Positions 9,872 to 20,161 are shown, numbered from the stretch's first letter. The stretch: 64,000 nucleotides of DNA from Nitrosopumilaceae archaeon (GCA_965203465.1 CBDBCR010000001.1:704001-768000), one strand, 5' to 3'. Made by a program: numbers and translations. The notes: generated by a model from the sequence alone, not told the origin.

Positions 9872-10224
9872 ATGAAAAAGGCCAGGCGCGCCCGCGTCCG
9901 GGCGGCGCTGCTGGGCTGCGTGCGGCGCATCATTGACGACAACTGGGGCAGCGCGGTATCGCGGCCGTTCCTCACAAAGCTGGAAGGCGCGGCGGACGAC
10001 CTGTTCGCGTTCGTGCTGGACCCGCGCATACAGCCGACCAACAACGCGGCCTGCGCGAGATAGTCATACACCGCAAGATCCGCGGCAGCCTCAGGGCCGA
10101 GGAGAGCATGGAGATCTACGGCAACATCTTCACGCGCCTCGCCACCTGGAAGAACCAGGGCCTGGACTACGTAGAGGAGCTGCGGCAGTACGCGTAAACG
10201 GGCCTAAACTACGCGAACAGTTAC
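9872..10224 (+). mobile_element. IS66-family transposase C-terminal remnant with right end
   Basis: LFAFVLDPRIQPTNNAA, frameshift, then LREIVIHRKIRGSLRAEESMEIYGNIFTRLATWKNQG...stop at 10195-10197. The element ends GAACAGTTAC (reverse GTAACTGTTC), like IS66/ISBst12-group ends. Confidence 0.8.
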
Positions 10225-10258
10225 AACCGGAGAAATGCCAAGCGGCGTGGACGCTTGC

Positions 10259-10705
10259 TCACCATACGCGCAGAATGGGGCTAGGAATACACGTATTGCC
10301 AACGACGTGGAAAGGCAATATGCGTATCTTCCCAAAAGTTCTGCGCTCCCGCACGATTCGCTGTATCATGTTTTTTGCATTGTGCCTGTACTCAAATGGT
10401 ACTGCCACATGCAGTGAAACGGAGGGATTGCGTATGACATAACGCACGAATATGCGCAGCTGGGCTTTGGTGTGTGGATCAGAGACTGATATGTCCGCCT
10501 CGCCTAGGTGGATCCGCCCGCGTCCGTCTTCGCCTTGCAGATCCGGAGTCTTTCCGTATATGGTGGGCGGTTTTGGAAGATTCTGGTACTGTACGTCGAA
10601 CGGTTCCTGCATGCCGTGCCTGGCAAGATGAGTCACGTCTATTTCTTTTTCTTCCAGTTCGTTTGCAAGCGCGTTGAGCAAAACCTGGTGCTTCTTAGAT
10701 ACCAC
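10259..10705 (-). CDS. small PD-(D/E)xK-like hypothetical protein
   Basis: Lower-GC ORF with GKTPDLQG...IHLGEAD, resembling a PD...E-x-K core with the Lys replaced by Asp. Confidence 0.55.
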   Translation of the reverse strand: MVSKKHQVLLNALANELEEKEIDVTHLARHGMQEPFDVQYQNLPKPPTIYGKTPDLQGEDGRGRIHLGEADISVSDPHTKAQLRIFVRYVIRNPSVSLHVAVPFEYRHNAKNMIQRIVRERRTFGKIRILPFHVVGNTCIPSPILRVW

Positions 10706-11096
10706 GCCGTATTATCCAGCCCGGTGCGTAAATACGTTTGCTTTTTCAGCCTTCCCGGACGACGTGCCGCGTGAGAGGCGGCCGCGCCTGAAGACGCATC
10801 GCAAGACTGCGTAGCAGAAAGCCACAGTGATCGCGGAATTGGGCCAGAACTCCGTATCCCGCGCACCCTAGATTCAAACGGGCCGCGATCCGCGTGTCCG
10901 GTTGGTAGAGGATGGGCCGCCTCGTAGGCACCCGGATACCGGAAACGACGGACGGCTAGGCACGGATCGTAACACCTGCCACGGTTGATCGCGACGTGCT
11001 GTTTTCCCGCCGCCCAGCGGCCTTTGCCCAGCTTGGGCAGGTGCCCGAACCGGGCCCGTCCGGCCTGGCCTAATCAAACGGCCCGGGCGCGGAACG

Positions 11097-11200
11097 CGTA
11101 CAATGGGGCCGCAACTCAGGTTGAGGAAAACGCCCGTAGTGCACCTGCGCCCAACGCCCCGTACTAGCTTCAATGGGGCCGCGACGCGGGTTGCGGAATT
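11097..11200 (-). CRISPR. degenerate orphan CRISPR mini-array (2 repeats, 1 spacer), type I-G/I-U-like repeat
   Basis: Repeats cgtaCAATGGGGCCGCAACTCAGGTTGAGGAAAA (11097-11130) and gcttCAATGGGGCCGCGACGCGGGTTGCGGAATT (11167-11200), period 70 bp, 36-bp spacer. Consensus hairpin CCGCAAC/GTTGCGG; the minus strand ends ...GGCCCCATTGAAGC. Confidence 0.6.
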
Positions 11201-11269
11201 TTGCGGGGGCTGGCGGCATGCCTGTGTATTGTGCTACGTGCCCCCAAAACCTCCCCCAAGTTTCCGTTC

Positions 11270-11769
11270 AGAGGCCTGTCGCTGGCTTTGATCGCGCCGA
11301 ACGCGCTTTTGCCCGCCGGCGGCGTCCCGCGGCTGGCAGCATCCGACGCCCGGCGCGGATTCTCCGAGATCGCACCCTGCACAAAGCGGGCGGATTTGGT
11401 CACAAGAAAGGCATGCCGGCGCGGTTCCGGAAGGACGCCGCGGCCTGGACGGGCGGCGGGCGCTGGCCGAGGCCCTATTCGATCGGGCGCGCTACGGGAA
11501 GCACAGATGGTCGAGGGCATATTCGGAGCAGAGACGCGCACCCGCCGGCCGCTCTGCCGGTACAGGAAGAGACGCAGGAGAGGTTCGGCATGCCGCTCGT
11601 GATAACGTGGAACGTGCGCGCCGAACCGGACCCGGCGCTACTCGGAACGGGTCGTCATGCCGGCCGCGGCGTAGGGCCTGGACGTGCCGGAAGCCGCCCT
11701 AGAATCATGCCTCGTAACTTGCCCCCAAACACCGGAATCCGTCATTCTGTGGAATTATGCGGCAACCCC
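11270..11769 (+). mobile_element. IS5-like transposase remnant (frameshifted) with probable terminal inverted repeat
   Basis: Split frames give ...QMVEGIFGAE..R..LCRYRK and EETQERFGMPLVITWNV (DDE third-residue region). The 38-bp end 11732-11769 recurs inverted at 53533-53570. Left boundary uncertain. Confidence 0.6.
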
Positions 11770-11814
11770 GCCAAACACGCATGCTTTATTTAGAGAGGAG
11801 CTTGCCTGCACCCT

Positions 11815-12957
11815 GTGGGAAGGGAAGAACGGCAGAAGATCATCAAGAAAATCCAAGACCTGCGCCGATCCAAGGTTTTGGTGTATTTCGTGGGCGACAG
11901 GCCACTTTTGGGAGCGCAGATCTCCACCGATTCCATAAGATGGATGTACGATCACCTAAAGAGCATGAACGACAACAAAAAGGTGGAAACCATAGATTTT
12001 TACCTCTATTCGTTGGGAGGCGCACTGAACACCCCGTGGCCCGTCGTCAACATGCTGAGGGAATATTGCGACACGCTGAACGTGCTGGTGCCGTACAAGG
12101 CGTACAGCGCCGCCACGCTGACAGCGCTCGGAGCGGACAAGATAAGCATGGGCGGGAAGGGCGAGTTGGGCCCGATAGATCCGCAGATGACGCGGACTAG
12201 TCCCGGCCCCCTGCCAACAAACGAGACAATCAGCACGGAAGACGTGTCGTCATACGTGTCGTTCGTCAAGAACAGGGTGGGCGTCACTGATCAGAGCGCT
12301 CTGGCGGATCTGACCAAGGCGTTGGTGGACAAGACGGGCGCTTTGGGGCTGGGCGAGATAAACCGGGTGCATTCGCACGTGCGGGACGTGGCAAAAAAGC
12401 TGCTGTCGCAGGTCAAGCCCGCGCTGGACACGGCCGAAATCACAAAGATCATAGAGTCCCTCACCGAGAGAACGCACATGCACGGCCACTCGATTGGCAG
12501 GCAAGAGGCGCGGCAGATGGGCCTGCGCATAGACGACATGGATCGCGAACTGGAGCGGTTGTGCTGGAGCCTGTACCTGGAATACGAACAGCACCTCAAA
12601 CTCCATTCGTATACCGATCCCACCGACTTTCTTGACAGCGGCAAGGACGAGTATGTCGAAGACGGCGCGGTTATCGCATGCATAGAGTCGGAGAACCTTC
12701 ATCACGAATATTCCGGGACGCTGGTTTGCAGAAGAATAAGGCAGCCAGGCCCGCAACTAAACTTGACCGTCAGCATCCCGATCCAGCTGCCGGACGGCGA
12801 CCAGGATTCGGCGCAAAGCGGCAAGGCCGCGCTGGAGCAGATCCAGCAAGACGCGATCGACAAGATCGCCCGGCAGATAGCCCGGCAGGTCGAAGCTCAG
12901 ATGCCAACGATCGGGATAGAGCAGAGCCTGACCAAAAGGATGTGGCGGAAGATATAA
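11815..12957 (+). CDS. SDH-family ClpP-fold serine protease
   Basis: LYSLGG, AYSAATLTALGADKISMG..GELGPIDPQ, HGHSIGRQEA; CTTTATTT box at 11784-11791. Confidence 0.85.
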   Translation: MGREERQKIIKKIQDLRRSKVLVYFVGDRPLLGAQISTDSIRWMYDHLKSMNDNKKVETIDFYLYSLGGALNTPWPVVNMLREYCDTLNVLVPYKAYSAATLTALGADKISMGGKGELGPIDPQMTRTSPGPLPTNETISTEDVSSYVSFVKNRVGVTDQSALADLTKALVDKTGALGLGEINRVHSHVRDVAKKLLSQVKPALDTAEITKIIESLTERTHMHGHSIGRQEARQMGLRIDDMDRELERLCWSLYLEYEQHLKLHSYTDPTDFLDSGKDEYVEDGAVIACIESENLHHEYSGTLVCRRIRQPGPQLNLTVSIPIQLPDGDQDSAQSGKAALEQIQQDAIDKIARQIARQVEAQMPTIGIEQSLTKRMWRKI

Positions 12958-13358
12958 CCCGGTGCGTGCCGATGCGGCCAATCGCCAGGTTCTGCCACAC
13001 GTCTTGGCCGACGATGGGGGTTCCCGCCAGACGGCACGAAACCTTGCGCGGCCGGCAAGTCAGAGACGGACCCGCGCGCGGCTGCCCCCGATCTGCGCTG
13101 CCAGCCCTCGGCCGTCGGAATTCCGGCCGCCGTGCACGGGCAGAGCGCGGAACTGACCCGAGTTCGTGCGCGATCTTTGACGTCCTTTTATGCCGAGCCG
13201 TCCTCGGGCCTCCACCGCAGCGTCCGGCCGACCCGAATTGCCAAGTACGGTACGCCCCGGCCGCCGCTGCGCGCGGGGCCGGCGCCGTGCCTATCCGGGC
13301 GGGTTCCCGAGCAGAACTCGGAAATACATTTTTATGCCCTACCGCAGGCCGCGCACCT

Positions 13359-13535
13359 ATGCGTAGCGCCACGTCGCGGCACGGCAACGTTACGGTGACG
13401 GTGACCACCTACGTGCACGAGCCCGGATCGTGCCGCATCTCGATTCCTCCCGCAGCACCGGTCAGGCGGCCAGAATCCAAACCGTTCCTGCACTTTCAAA
13501 AAGGCACGTGCCTGTCCCGGAATTTCTTTCGGTGA
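13359..13535 (+). CDS. small hypothetical protein (58 aa)
   Basis: ATG 13359 lies ~24 bp after a TTTTTATG box; MRSATSRHGNVTVTVTTYVHEPG... No homology recognised. Confidence 0.35.
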   Translation: MRSATSRHGNVTVTVTTYVHEPGSCRISIPPAAPVRRPESKPFLHFQKGTCLSRNFFR

Positions 13536-13577
13536 TCCGGTAGCTGCGCGGCCGGCCGCAGGTCCGGCACGCCCAAG

Positions 13578-14273
13578 TTGAGCGGGCTCCGCCGGGCCCG
13601 CCGCCCCAGCACGGCGCCCGGTCCACGGATCCGCTGTTCGGCGCTGCGCGCGCCGTTCACCATATTCCCGCCCAAGCCCAGCGCCGCGTACTATGCGCTC
13701 TCGGCCAACGACTCGGGCGTGCAGCGGTCCATGCTGGTGGAGCCGGACGGGATGGCCGTGCCCAAGGCCGGCGCCGGCAGAAAGCGCGTCAGGGAAAAGG
13801 CCGCCACGCACGTCCACCTCAACATCATCGCCGACTACCGCAGCCAAAAGCTGCTGGTGCTCTACACGGATAGGAAGACGCTGCGCGGCGGCGCGCTCCC
13901 CAGCTTCACGGAGCACGGAAAGGCGCTGGCCGTCTGGGGCAACTCTTCGCTGGGCGTGCTCTGCTTTTGGGCCAACAGCGGCAAGCAAAAGTTCGGCAGG
14001 GGCATATCGTCAAAGACGGCCATGGCCAAGATGCCCGTGCTGGACTTTGAAAGGCTGGGCCCTGCCAAGCTCGGAAAGTTTGACAGGATATTCGACAAGT
14101 ACTCTGCCGAAGAACTCAGGCCCATAAAGCACCCGTACGACGATCCGGCCCGGATCGCCGTGGACGAGGCCGTGTGCGGGGCGCTCGGCATAAATGGCTC
14201 GCTTGACGACATCCGCAGGCGGCTGTGCCGCGAGCCGTCGATCAGCGGCGGCGCGCCGCCTCCGGGCCTGTAG
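13578..14273 (+). pseudogene. C-terminal (specificity-domain) fragment of a Type IIG-like restriction-modification methyltransferase
   Basis: KALAVWGNSSLG...KQKFGRG...MPVLDF...DDPARIAVDEAV...LCREPSI resembles the C-terminus of large IIG enzymes. No MTase motifs and no clear start. Confidence 0.6.
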
Positions 14274-14482
14274 CCGGGGCCGCTCCGCGCGGGCAGGACA
14301 GGATACGCCGCGCCCGCCTTTTGGACCCTGCCGCTGTTTGGACGCATTTGCGATCGTAAATCGGCCAAACCGGGCAAACGGTGGCGTCTAAAAGACTGGC
14401 GAACCCGATCCCGTTCTTGGCGCAACCTTGACCGGCCGGCGCGAGCCGCCGCCTATTCTTTCACACGCGTTTGCCGCCACGG

Positions 14483-17400
14483 CTAGTCGCGCTTTTCCAT
14501 CGCGGACAAAAGCCCCAGGGCGTCGGGCCAGCCGGCCATGGCGTACGTGTCCAGCACGTCCAGGCACCTCTGCGCTTGCCTTTCGGGCAGCGGCTGGTGC
14601 AGCAGGCCCGAGAGCACCTTTAGCGTCTCTTCTGCCAGGACTGGCTGTACTGGAGCGTACCCCTCCATGCCGGCTATTTTTTCCAGGTACTCTAGGGACT
14701 TGCCGGGCATACGTTCCCATTTTTTCGCCAAAAACTTGGCCAGCTCCTCCAAAAGCCGTGGATCACACGGACTGCGCTCCGTCTCCGAGGCGATGCGGTC
14801 CAAGTGCCGCTCGATTTTCGGCAGCAGCCCGCCGTCCGCGCTGTCTTCTGCCCAGCCCAGAAGGAAAAAGCACGCCTTTTCGCGGACTTGGTGGTCCGGA
14901 TCGTCCAGCAGGCGGTAGAATATGTCCAGAGCCTCGTCCCGGAACTCGTCTACGTAGCGTTTCAGGTAGAACGGCAGGTGCATGCAGATCTCGCTCTCCG
15001 CACCGTCGATTGCAGCGTCCAGCAGGCTCGCGGCGCGCGGCTCGCTTTTGGCCAGCGCCAGATAAAGCATGTAGGCGCCGACGTGCTCTGACTTGTTGCC
15101 CGCCCCCACCATGTTTTCCAGCATGCGCAGCGCGTGGGAGGCGTCCTTTCCGGCCGCGATTCGGAGCATGTCCTGCACGAAAAACTGCACGCGCCGGTCT
15201 CTGTCCCGGCTGTATTCCAGTCCGATCTCGTAGGCCAGGCCGTAGTCGTAGTTGGCAAGACGCGGGAGGCTCTTGCACACGTCGGCGCGCACCATGCTCG
15301 ACGGATCTTTTGACAGCTCCCGCACCAGCGGCACCAGCGAGGCGTCCTTGTACATGTCCGTCATAATGATGGCGCACTCGGCTACCAGTCCGCGGACGGT
15401 GAAAGAATACGCCAGAGAGCCGTCCTGTTCGTCTTCGGATTCTGCGGGGTCTGGATCGCCCTTGCAGTCTGACAGCAGCCTGCGCATGCCCGAAACCTCC
15501 ACTTCGTCCAGCTCGACTCCACCCTCTAGGCATTTCAGCAGTGCCATCAGAACATCCCTTCTGTCCAAGCCTTTGTCTCCGCCGCAATGCCGCTCCAGGA
15601 TCTTTCTGGGATCCGGCTCTGCGTCCTTGCGTACTTGGACCTTTGGCCCGGAAGACGGCACGCCTAGCTTGGGCGAATGCCTGTCCAGCACGTCGCGGTG
15701 GACCGGCCCGAGCAGATCCTGCGGGAACGCAGACAGGAACGCCGCCTTGCGCATGAGGGCCGCCGCGCCGCTGCCGCTTTTGCCGGGCTGGCGCGCGTCC
15801 ATGATCGTGTCCAGCAGGCTGGCGGCCTGTTCCTTTTCCAGCATGGCCGCGACGCCGCCGATCGCCGCGAGGACGCTGCCGCCCATGCCGCCCACCAGGT
15901 AGGCCTGCGGGTCGGACAGCTCGGCAAAGATCTCTTGCAGGAACCTTTCCTTCCTGGCCACCATGGCGTCCAAAAGCAGGGCGCGGAAAGTGGCCAGCCT
16001 CGTCTTGCGGATGATCGGGGCCAGCCTGCGCAGCTCTTCTTCGGCGCACCCGCCAACGTATTCCTTGACATCCTTTATGATTTTGTGCCTTGGATCCGCA
16101 ATGTCTGCATAGTACGTGCCGCTGTCTTCTATTATGTCTCCCTCTTGTCTCTTCCGCAGGGGGTGGAGGATCCTCTCGAACAGCTGTATGGCCGCGCGCA
16201 CCATCAGTTCGGGATTCTTTTTCAGCAACCCCGGGAACATCTCGCCCAGCTGCCAGACGACCATCATGTTGTCCTGCCGCAAGTTGCTCGTAAGGTTGAA
16301 CGTGCCGTACGACGCGGCGGTGGTTTTTTCCTTTGACTTTTCCTCGTACGTGAACAGGTCGCAGAATATGTCCGGGACTGCCCGGGGGCACGCATCCATC
16401 AGTTTCGGAAGAGATTCTGCCAGCCCAGCCCGCGCGTGCACGTGCTCGTTGGTGGCCATCTTGGACATCCATCCTTCATGCCCGTCCGTCTCGAGTTCGG
16501 CGGCCAGTTTTACGGCATTTCGCTGATCAAAGACATTGCCTGCGCGCTCTACGATCTTCCGAACTGCGCGGAATATGTCCGCGTGCCTTGCCTCGTGCTT
16601 GATCGAGCGCAGGTAGCTCGTTATCAAGTCCGGCTTCAACGCAGGATCTGAAATCCACTTTTCAAAGTACGCGTCTTTCCACAACTCGAACCAAATGGGA
16701 TTGGCTCGCTTGGCCAACTCTATGAAAAAGTGTCCCCGTAGGACTTTCTCTCTTGTGAGCAGATCGGCTATCGCGGAAAAGTCCTGTCCGCCCAGTTCGG
16801 TTATCTGCGACATGGCGGTAAGCGCGGAGATCTTCCAAAAGTACTTTAGGTCGGATTTCAGTATCCGCTCGACCGTGCAGGCAAACAGCGCGGGCTTGTC
16901 CCTGTGCAGCCAAGACAGTGCGAAAACGACCGTCGGGCGCAGAAACGTATTGTATCCGTCGTTCGAGATGAATTCTACCAAATCTTGGCGCTCGATGATG
17001 AACTTCGATATCACGTAGTCTAGATACGCGTGGTGGAAGAACCCGAGCGAATCTTTGTTTCTGACCAGCACGCCTTCCCCGCAGACCCCGTCCATCAGGC
17101 CTTGATCCCCAAAGTCGTCGTACGGGATGGCCGTCTGCTGCCGCTTGGCCATTTCCAGCGATACGCCATACAGCAGCTCTTTGGCCCTTGCGGGCGACTC
17201 CGTCTTTTCCACGTATTCGTGCCAGTGCTTGTAGTACAGATCGGTTTCGTGCCGCATGTCGCCAAAGTCGGCGTCCGGTGATTTTTCGAGTATGAGCGAC
17301 AGGAGTTTCAGGCGGAACGGGTTGTAGAACATGCCTTTCAGCCTGTCGGGGACGCCGGGGTTGCCCAGATGCTCGAGCATCTGCTCGAGTTCGGAATCGG

Positions 17401-18715
17401 CGATCGGTTTCAGGCGGTATTCCTCCCCCCAGTCCGTCCTGTTTATGTTCGACGAATATTCGTAGTCGTAGCTCCTGACAGAAATGACGGTCGAGATCCT
17501 GTCGTTTGCCCAGAGCTTTTGCAGCAGGTGCTTCAAGGCGTTCATTGGCTTTTTGCTCCTGCTGATGGCGTCTACGGAATCGAAAACGACCACCGGCTTT
17601 GCGCGCCGCGCCACCTCGTACAGCGCGTCTGCAAAATTGAGCCCCGGCACTATGTCCTTGTCCAAGTCTTCGAACGACTCCGCGCCGAGGTGATCGTCGC
17701 ACCTTACGAAGAACGCCGGCCGGCTCTCGGCGAGCCGCTCGTATGCCTTGCACAAGAGGACGCTCTTGCCCGACCCCTTTTCTCCGGTGACTGCCACCCT
17801 GCCGCGTTTTGCCAGGGCTTTCTCGATGTCCGAGACTCGGTCGTCCAGAGGTATCGTTCTGTTACGTATCGTGGTGGAAATGCCGCGGACGGCGCCTCTG
17901 CTGATCTCGTCCATCTTTTGTCTTGCGTCCGCCGAATCCTGCCCGACTCCGCCGGACGCGTAGGGCCTACCCGGTGCCGTTCGAGCTGCGGCCGAGCCGC
18001 CTTTGACGGCGATCTGGATCAGTTTGGACTTTGGGCCGAATCTGATCTCTACAAAGATCTTGTCTGTGCGGCTACCGACGACTTGGCCCGGCCTGAGTTT
18101 GAACCGGAAACGTCCGTGTGGGTCTGTCCTCAATCCCGTCACGTATATGGAATGAGGAGCCCCGTTGCCATCCACGGGGTGGTGCACGTACACTTCGCCG
18201 ACGGGCTCTTGCCCGGTGCCGGAAATGGCAACCTCGCCGTCGAGCGTGCACTCCGCCTTGTCCGCTTCGGCGTCTATCCTGATCCTGTTTCTTGCCAGTG
18301 CACGCTGTTCCAGCATTTCGCTGGATTTCGTAATTGCATCCCACACATCATCCGTTAAATCGTCGTCAATCCTGTTATTTTCTATATACTTGATAGAACT
18401 ATCAAACCACTTAATTTCAGACAGGTGGGGCTTTATCGTTCTGCTAACGACCGGGATTATTTTGATGTTGTGTTCTCTGCAAAAGCAATACTCCCAGCGC
18501 ACCCATTCGCGGTACCGAGATTGAGAATTCAGAATCAGGAAAAGAACATCCGTCTTTACTAGATTTTCCAGGATTGTCTCCATTATCTGATCTCCAGATT
18601 CAATATGATCGATGGAAAAAAACGTCTCCATATCCAGATCGTTTTCGAGCTGCTCCTTGATTGTTCTGCCAGCATGCGAGTGTCCTGCGTGGGAAATAAA
18701 TGCCCTCGATTGCAA
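14483..18715 (-). CDS. TIR - Ig-like - STAND ATPase - HEAT/ARM repeat protein (Avs/AVAST-like antiviral sensor)
   Basis: AFISHA...EWVRWEY (TIR with catalytic Glu); VTGEKGSGKS Walker A; VVFDSVD Walker B; SVRSYD; NPFRL; FFHHAYLDY; long helical C-terminus. TATTTAAG box favours TTG 18715. Confidence 0.85.
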   Translation of the reverse strand: MQSRAFISHAGHSHAGRTIKEQLENDLDMETFFSIDHIESGDQIMETILENLVKTDVLFLILNSQSRYREWVRWEYCFCREHNIKIIPVVSRTIKPHLSEIKWFDSSIKYIENNRIDDDLTDDVWDAITKSSEMLEQRALARNRIRIDAEADKAECTLDGEVAISGTGQEPVGEVYVHHPVDGNGAPHSIYVTGLRTDPHGRFRFKLRPGQVVGSRTDKIFVEIRFGPKSKLIQIAVKGGSAAARTAPGRPYASGGVGQDSADARQKMDEISRGAVRGISTTIRNRTIPLDDRVSDIEKALAKRGRVAVTGEKGSGKSVLLCKAYERLAESRPAFFVRCDDHLGAESFEDLDKDIVPGLNFADALYEVARRAKPVVVFDSVDAISRSKKPMNALKHLLQKLWANDRISTVISVRSYDYEYSSNINRTDWGEEYRLKPIADSELEQMLEHLGNPGVPDRLKGMFYNPFRLKLLSLILEKSPDADFGDMRHETDLYYKHWHEYVEKTESPARAKELLYGVSLEMAKRQQTAIPYDDFGDQGLMDGVCGEGVLVRNKDSLGFFHHAYLDYVISKFIIERQDLVEFISNDGYNTFLRPTVVFALSWLHRDKPALFACTVERILKSDLKYFWKISALTAMSQITELGGQDFSAIADLLTREKVLRGHFFIELAKRANPIWFELWKDAYFEKWISDPALKPDLITSYLRSIKHEARHADIFRAVRKIVERAGNVFDQRNAVKLAAELETDGHEGWMSKMATNEHVHARAGLAESLPKLMDACPRAVPDIFCDLFTYEEKSKEKTTAASYGTFNLTSNLRQDNMMVVWQLGEMFPGLLKKNPELMVRAAIQLFERILHPLRKRQEGDIIEDSGTYYADIADPRHKIIKDVKEYVGGCAEEELRRLAPIIRKTRLATFRALLLDAMVARKERFLQEIFAELSDPQAYLVGGMGGSVLAAIGGVAAMLEKEQAASLLDTIMDARQPGKSGSGAAALMRKAAFLSAFPQDLLGPVHRDVLDRHSPKLGVPSSGPKVQVRKDAEPDPRKILERHCGGDKGLDRRDVLMALLKCLEGGVELDEVEVSGMRRLLSDCKGDPDPAESEDEQDGSLAYSFTVRGLVAECAIIMTDMYKDASLVPLVRELSKDPSSMVRADVCKSLPRLANYDYGLAYEIGLEYSRDRDRRVQFFVQDMLRIAAGKDASHALRMLENMVGAGNKSEHVGAYMLYLALAKSEPRAASLLDAAIDGAESEICMHLPFYLKRYVDEFRDEALDIFYRLLDDPDHQVREKACFFLLGWAEDSADGGLLPKIERHLDRIASETERSPCDPRLLEELAKFLAKKWERMPGKSLEYLEKIAGMEGYAPVQPVLAEETLKVLSGLLHQPLPERQAQRCLDVLDTYAMAGWPDALGLLSAMEKRD

Positions 18716-19038
18716 GACACGCGACTTATCTCCTTTGCTTAAATACCTGCCGTCTATCCCCGGCCAATCTGTTCTCGACCGAATGGCGGTCCATTTCTGA
18801 CGCAGACGTGTCCGAGTCAGCACGGCTGTAAAGGCGGGCGGAGTCCGGTTCGGCGTTGCGTTGTACGGGCGTCAGAGCGGTCATCCGTCGGTGTGGACGC
18901 CATGCCGGAGGCGTCGGAACGGCGCCCCTGCCGTTCCGAGCAGTTTTGCGGTGGCCGCCGTCTTGGTGACATGGGCAGGCATTAACTCCGGGCGCGCCGG
19001 CATCGGAAGTTTTTATACGCGCGCAACCCGGGCGCAGA

Positions 19039-19878
19039 ATGTGCGAACGGGCAAAACCACCGCGATCGGGCCCCGGGCGGGATCCTGATTTGACGAACGT
19101 CCGAGGATCGGAGTGGTCTGGTTTTCTGGATCGCGGCAAGGCGGATCTCGAGGCATGCAAAATGGCCGACGCGCAACTCTCCGCGTACTTGGCGCAGCAG
19201 GCGGTCGAAAAGCACGCAAAGGCCCTGATCCTAAAGTGCGGGATCGGCAGCGGGCCAGGCCGGTTGGGGCACTTTGTGCTGAGAGGCATGATCGACGAGC
19301 TCGTAAACCAAGAGGGCACGGCGCGCAAGATTGCCACAGAAAAAGGATGGTCCATCCAGCAGCTAAAGATAAACTGGGGGCTTCTTGGCGGCAAGCTGCA
19401 AGAGATGGAAAGCGGATCCAAGTTGAAAGAGATGGTGTTCAAAGAATCACTCCAAATAGAGCACAACGACGCGGAGCAAGAGGCCGTCGGCGAGTACGGG
19501 GTAGGTCTCGACATCCCTCCCACCCAAGAGATCGTCGGCATGCTGGACACGTTCAGAGACGCCGTCTCGTCTCAGATCGATGCCTCAAAAGGACGCGCCT
19601 CGGCCGATCCAGACGAGGCAAAGTGCTTCGCCTTGGCTGCGCTCATGGCCGCGTCTGTCAGCATCGTGCGCCTGTTCCCGCACGAGACGTATGGCAGATA
19701 TCCCATCGCCGTGGGGGGCGAGCGGGCTGCCCAAGTCTATCAGAGCCGCCGCAAGGAGCTGGCAGATCTGATAGCCCAGGCCGAAAAAGACTGCGAATTG
19801 CTGGAAAAGGTCGCGCTGGCCGTGCCGGACATGTCGCAGCCGGGCGGTTCCGTACGGGCGGGCGGGAACGGCCCGTAG
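19039..19878 (+). CDS. extended HEPN-domain protein
   Basis: FLDRGKADLEAC...AYLAQQAVEKHAKAL...LGH...TYGRYP; TTTTTATA box at 19010-19017. Confidence 0.75.
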   Translation: MCERAKPPRSGPGRDPDLTNVRGSEWSGFLDRGKADLEACKMADAQLSAYLAQQAVEKHAKALILKCGIGSGPGRLGHFVLRGMIDELVNQEGTARKIATEKGWSIQQLKINWGLLGGKLQEMESGSKLKEMVFKESLQIEHNDAEQEAVGEYGVGLDIPPTQEIVGMLDTFRDAVSSQIDASKGRASADPDEAKCFALAALMAASVSIVRLFPHETYGRYPIAVGGERAAQVYQSRRKELADLIAQAEKDCELLEKVALAVPDMSQPGGSVRAGGNGP

Positions 19879-20161
19879 GCGAGAAGACGGGCCTGCGACT
19901 TTTGCCCGTCAAGAAATGCAAGCCAGTCGGAGCGGAGCGACCGCCCCTCTCCTCCCCGGATCGCGCGCGGCGAAGTGCTGGTGCGGAACCAGAGCGGGCG
20001 CAGACGGGGCGACCGCGCCGCCACGGTCCGGCGCCCGATCTTAACGCCGCGCAGGAAGCAGCATCTTTGGCTCTATCGTGGCCCGCATATGGGCCAAGCC
20101 GCTCAGCAACGGATCGCCGCTCGCCCCGGATTTAATCACGGGCGGCGCGCTGCCAGGTCCG

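Noticed and set aside
10871-10903. Possible third CRISPR repeat (GATTCAAACGGGCCGCGATCC...)
   Set aside because: Only partial similarity, and 226 bp away, off the 70-bp period, with no intervening repeats.
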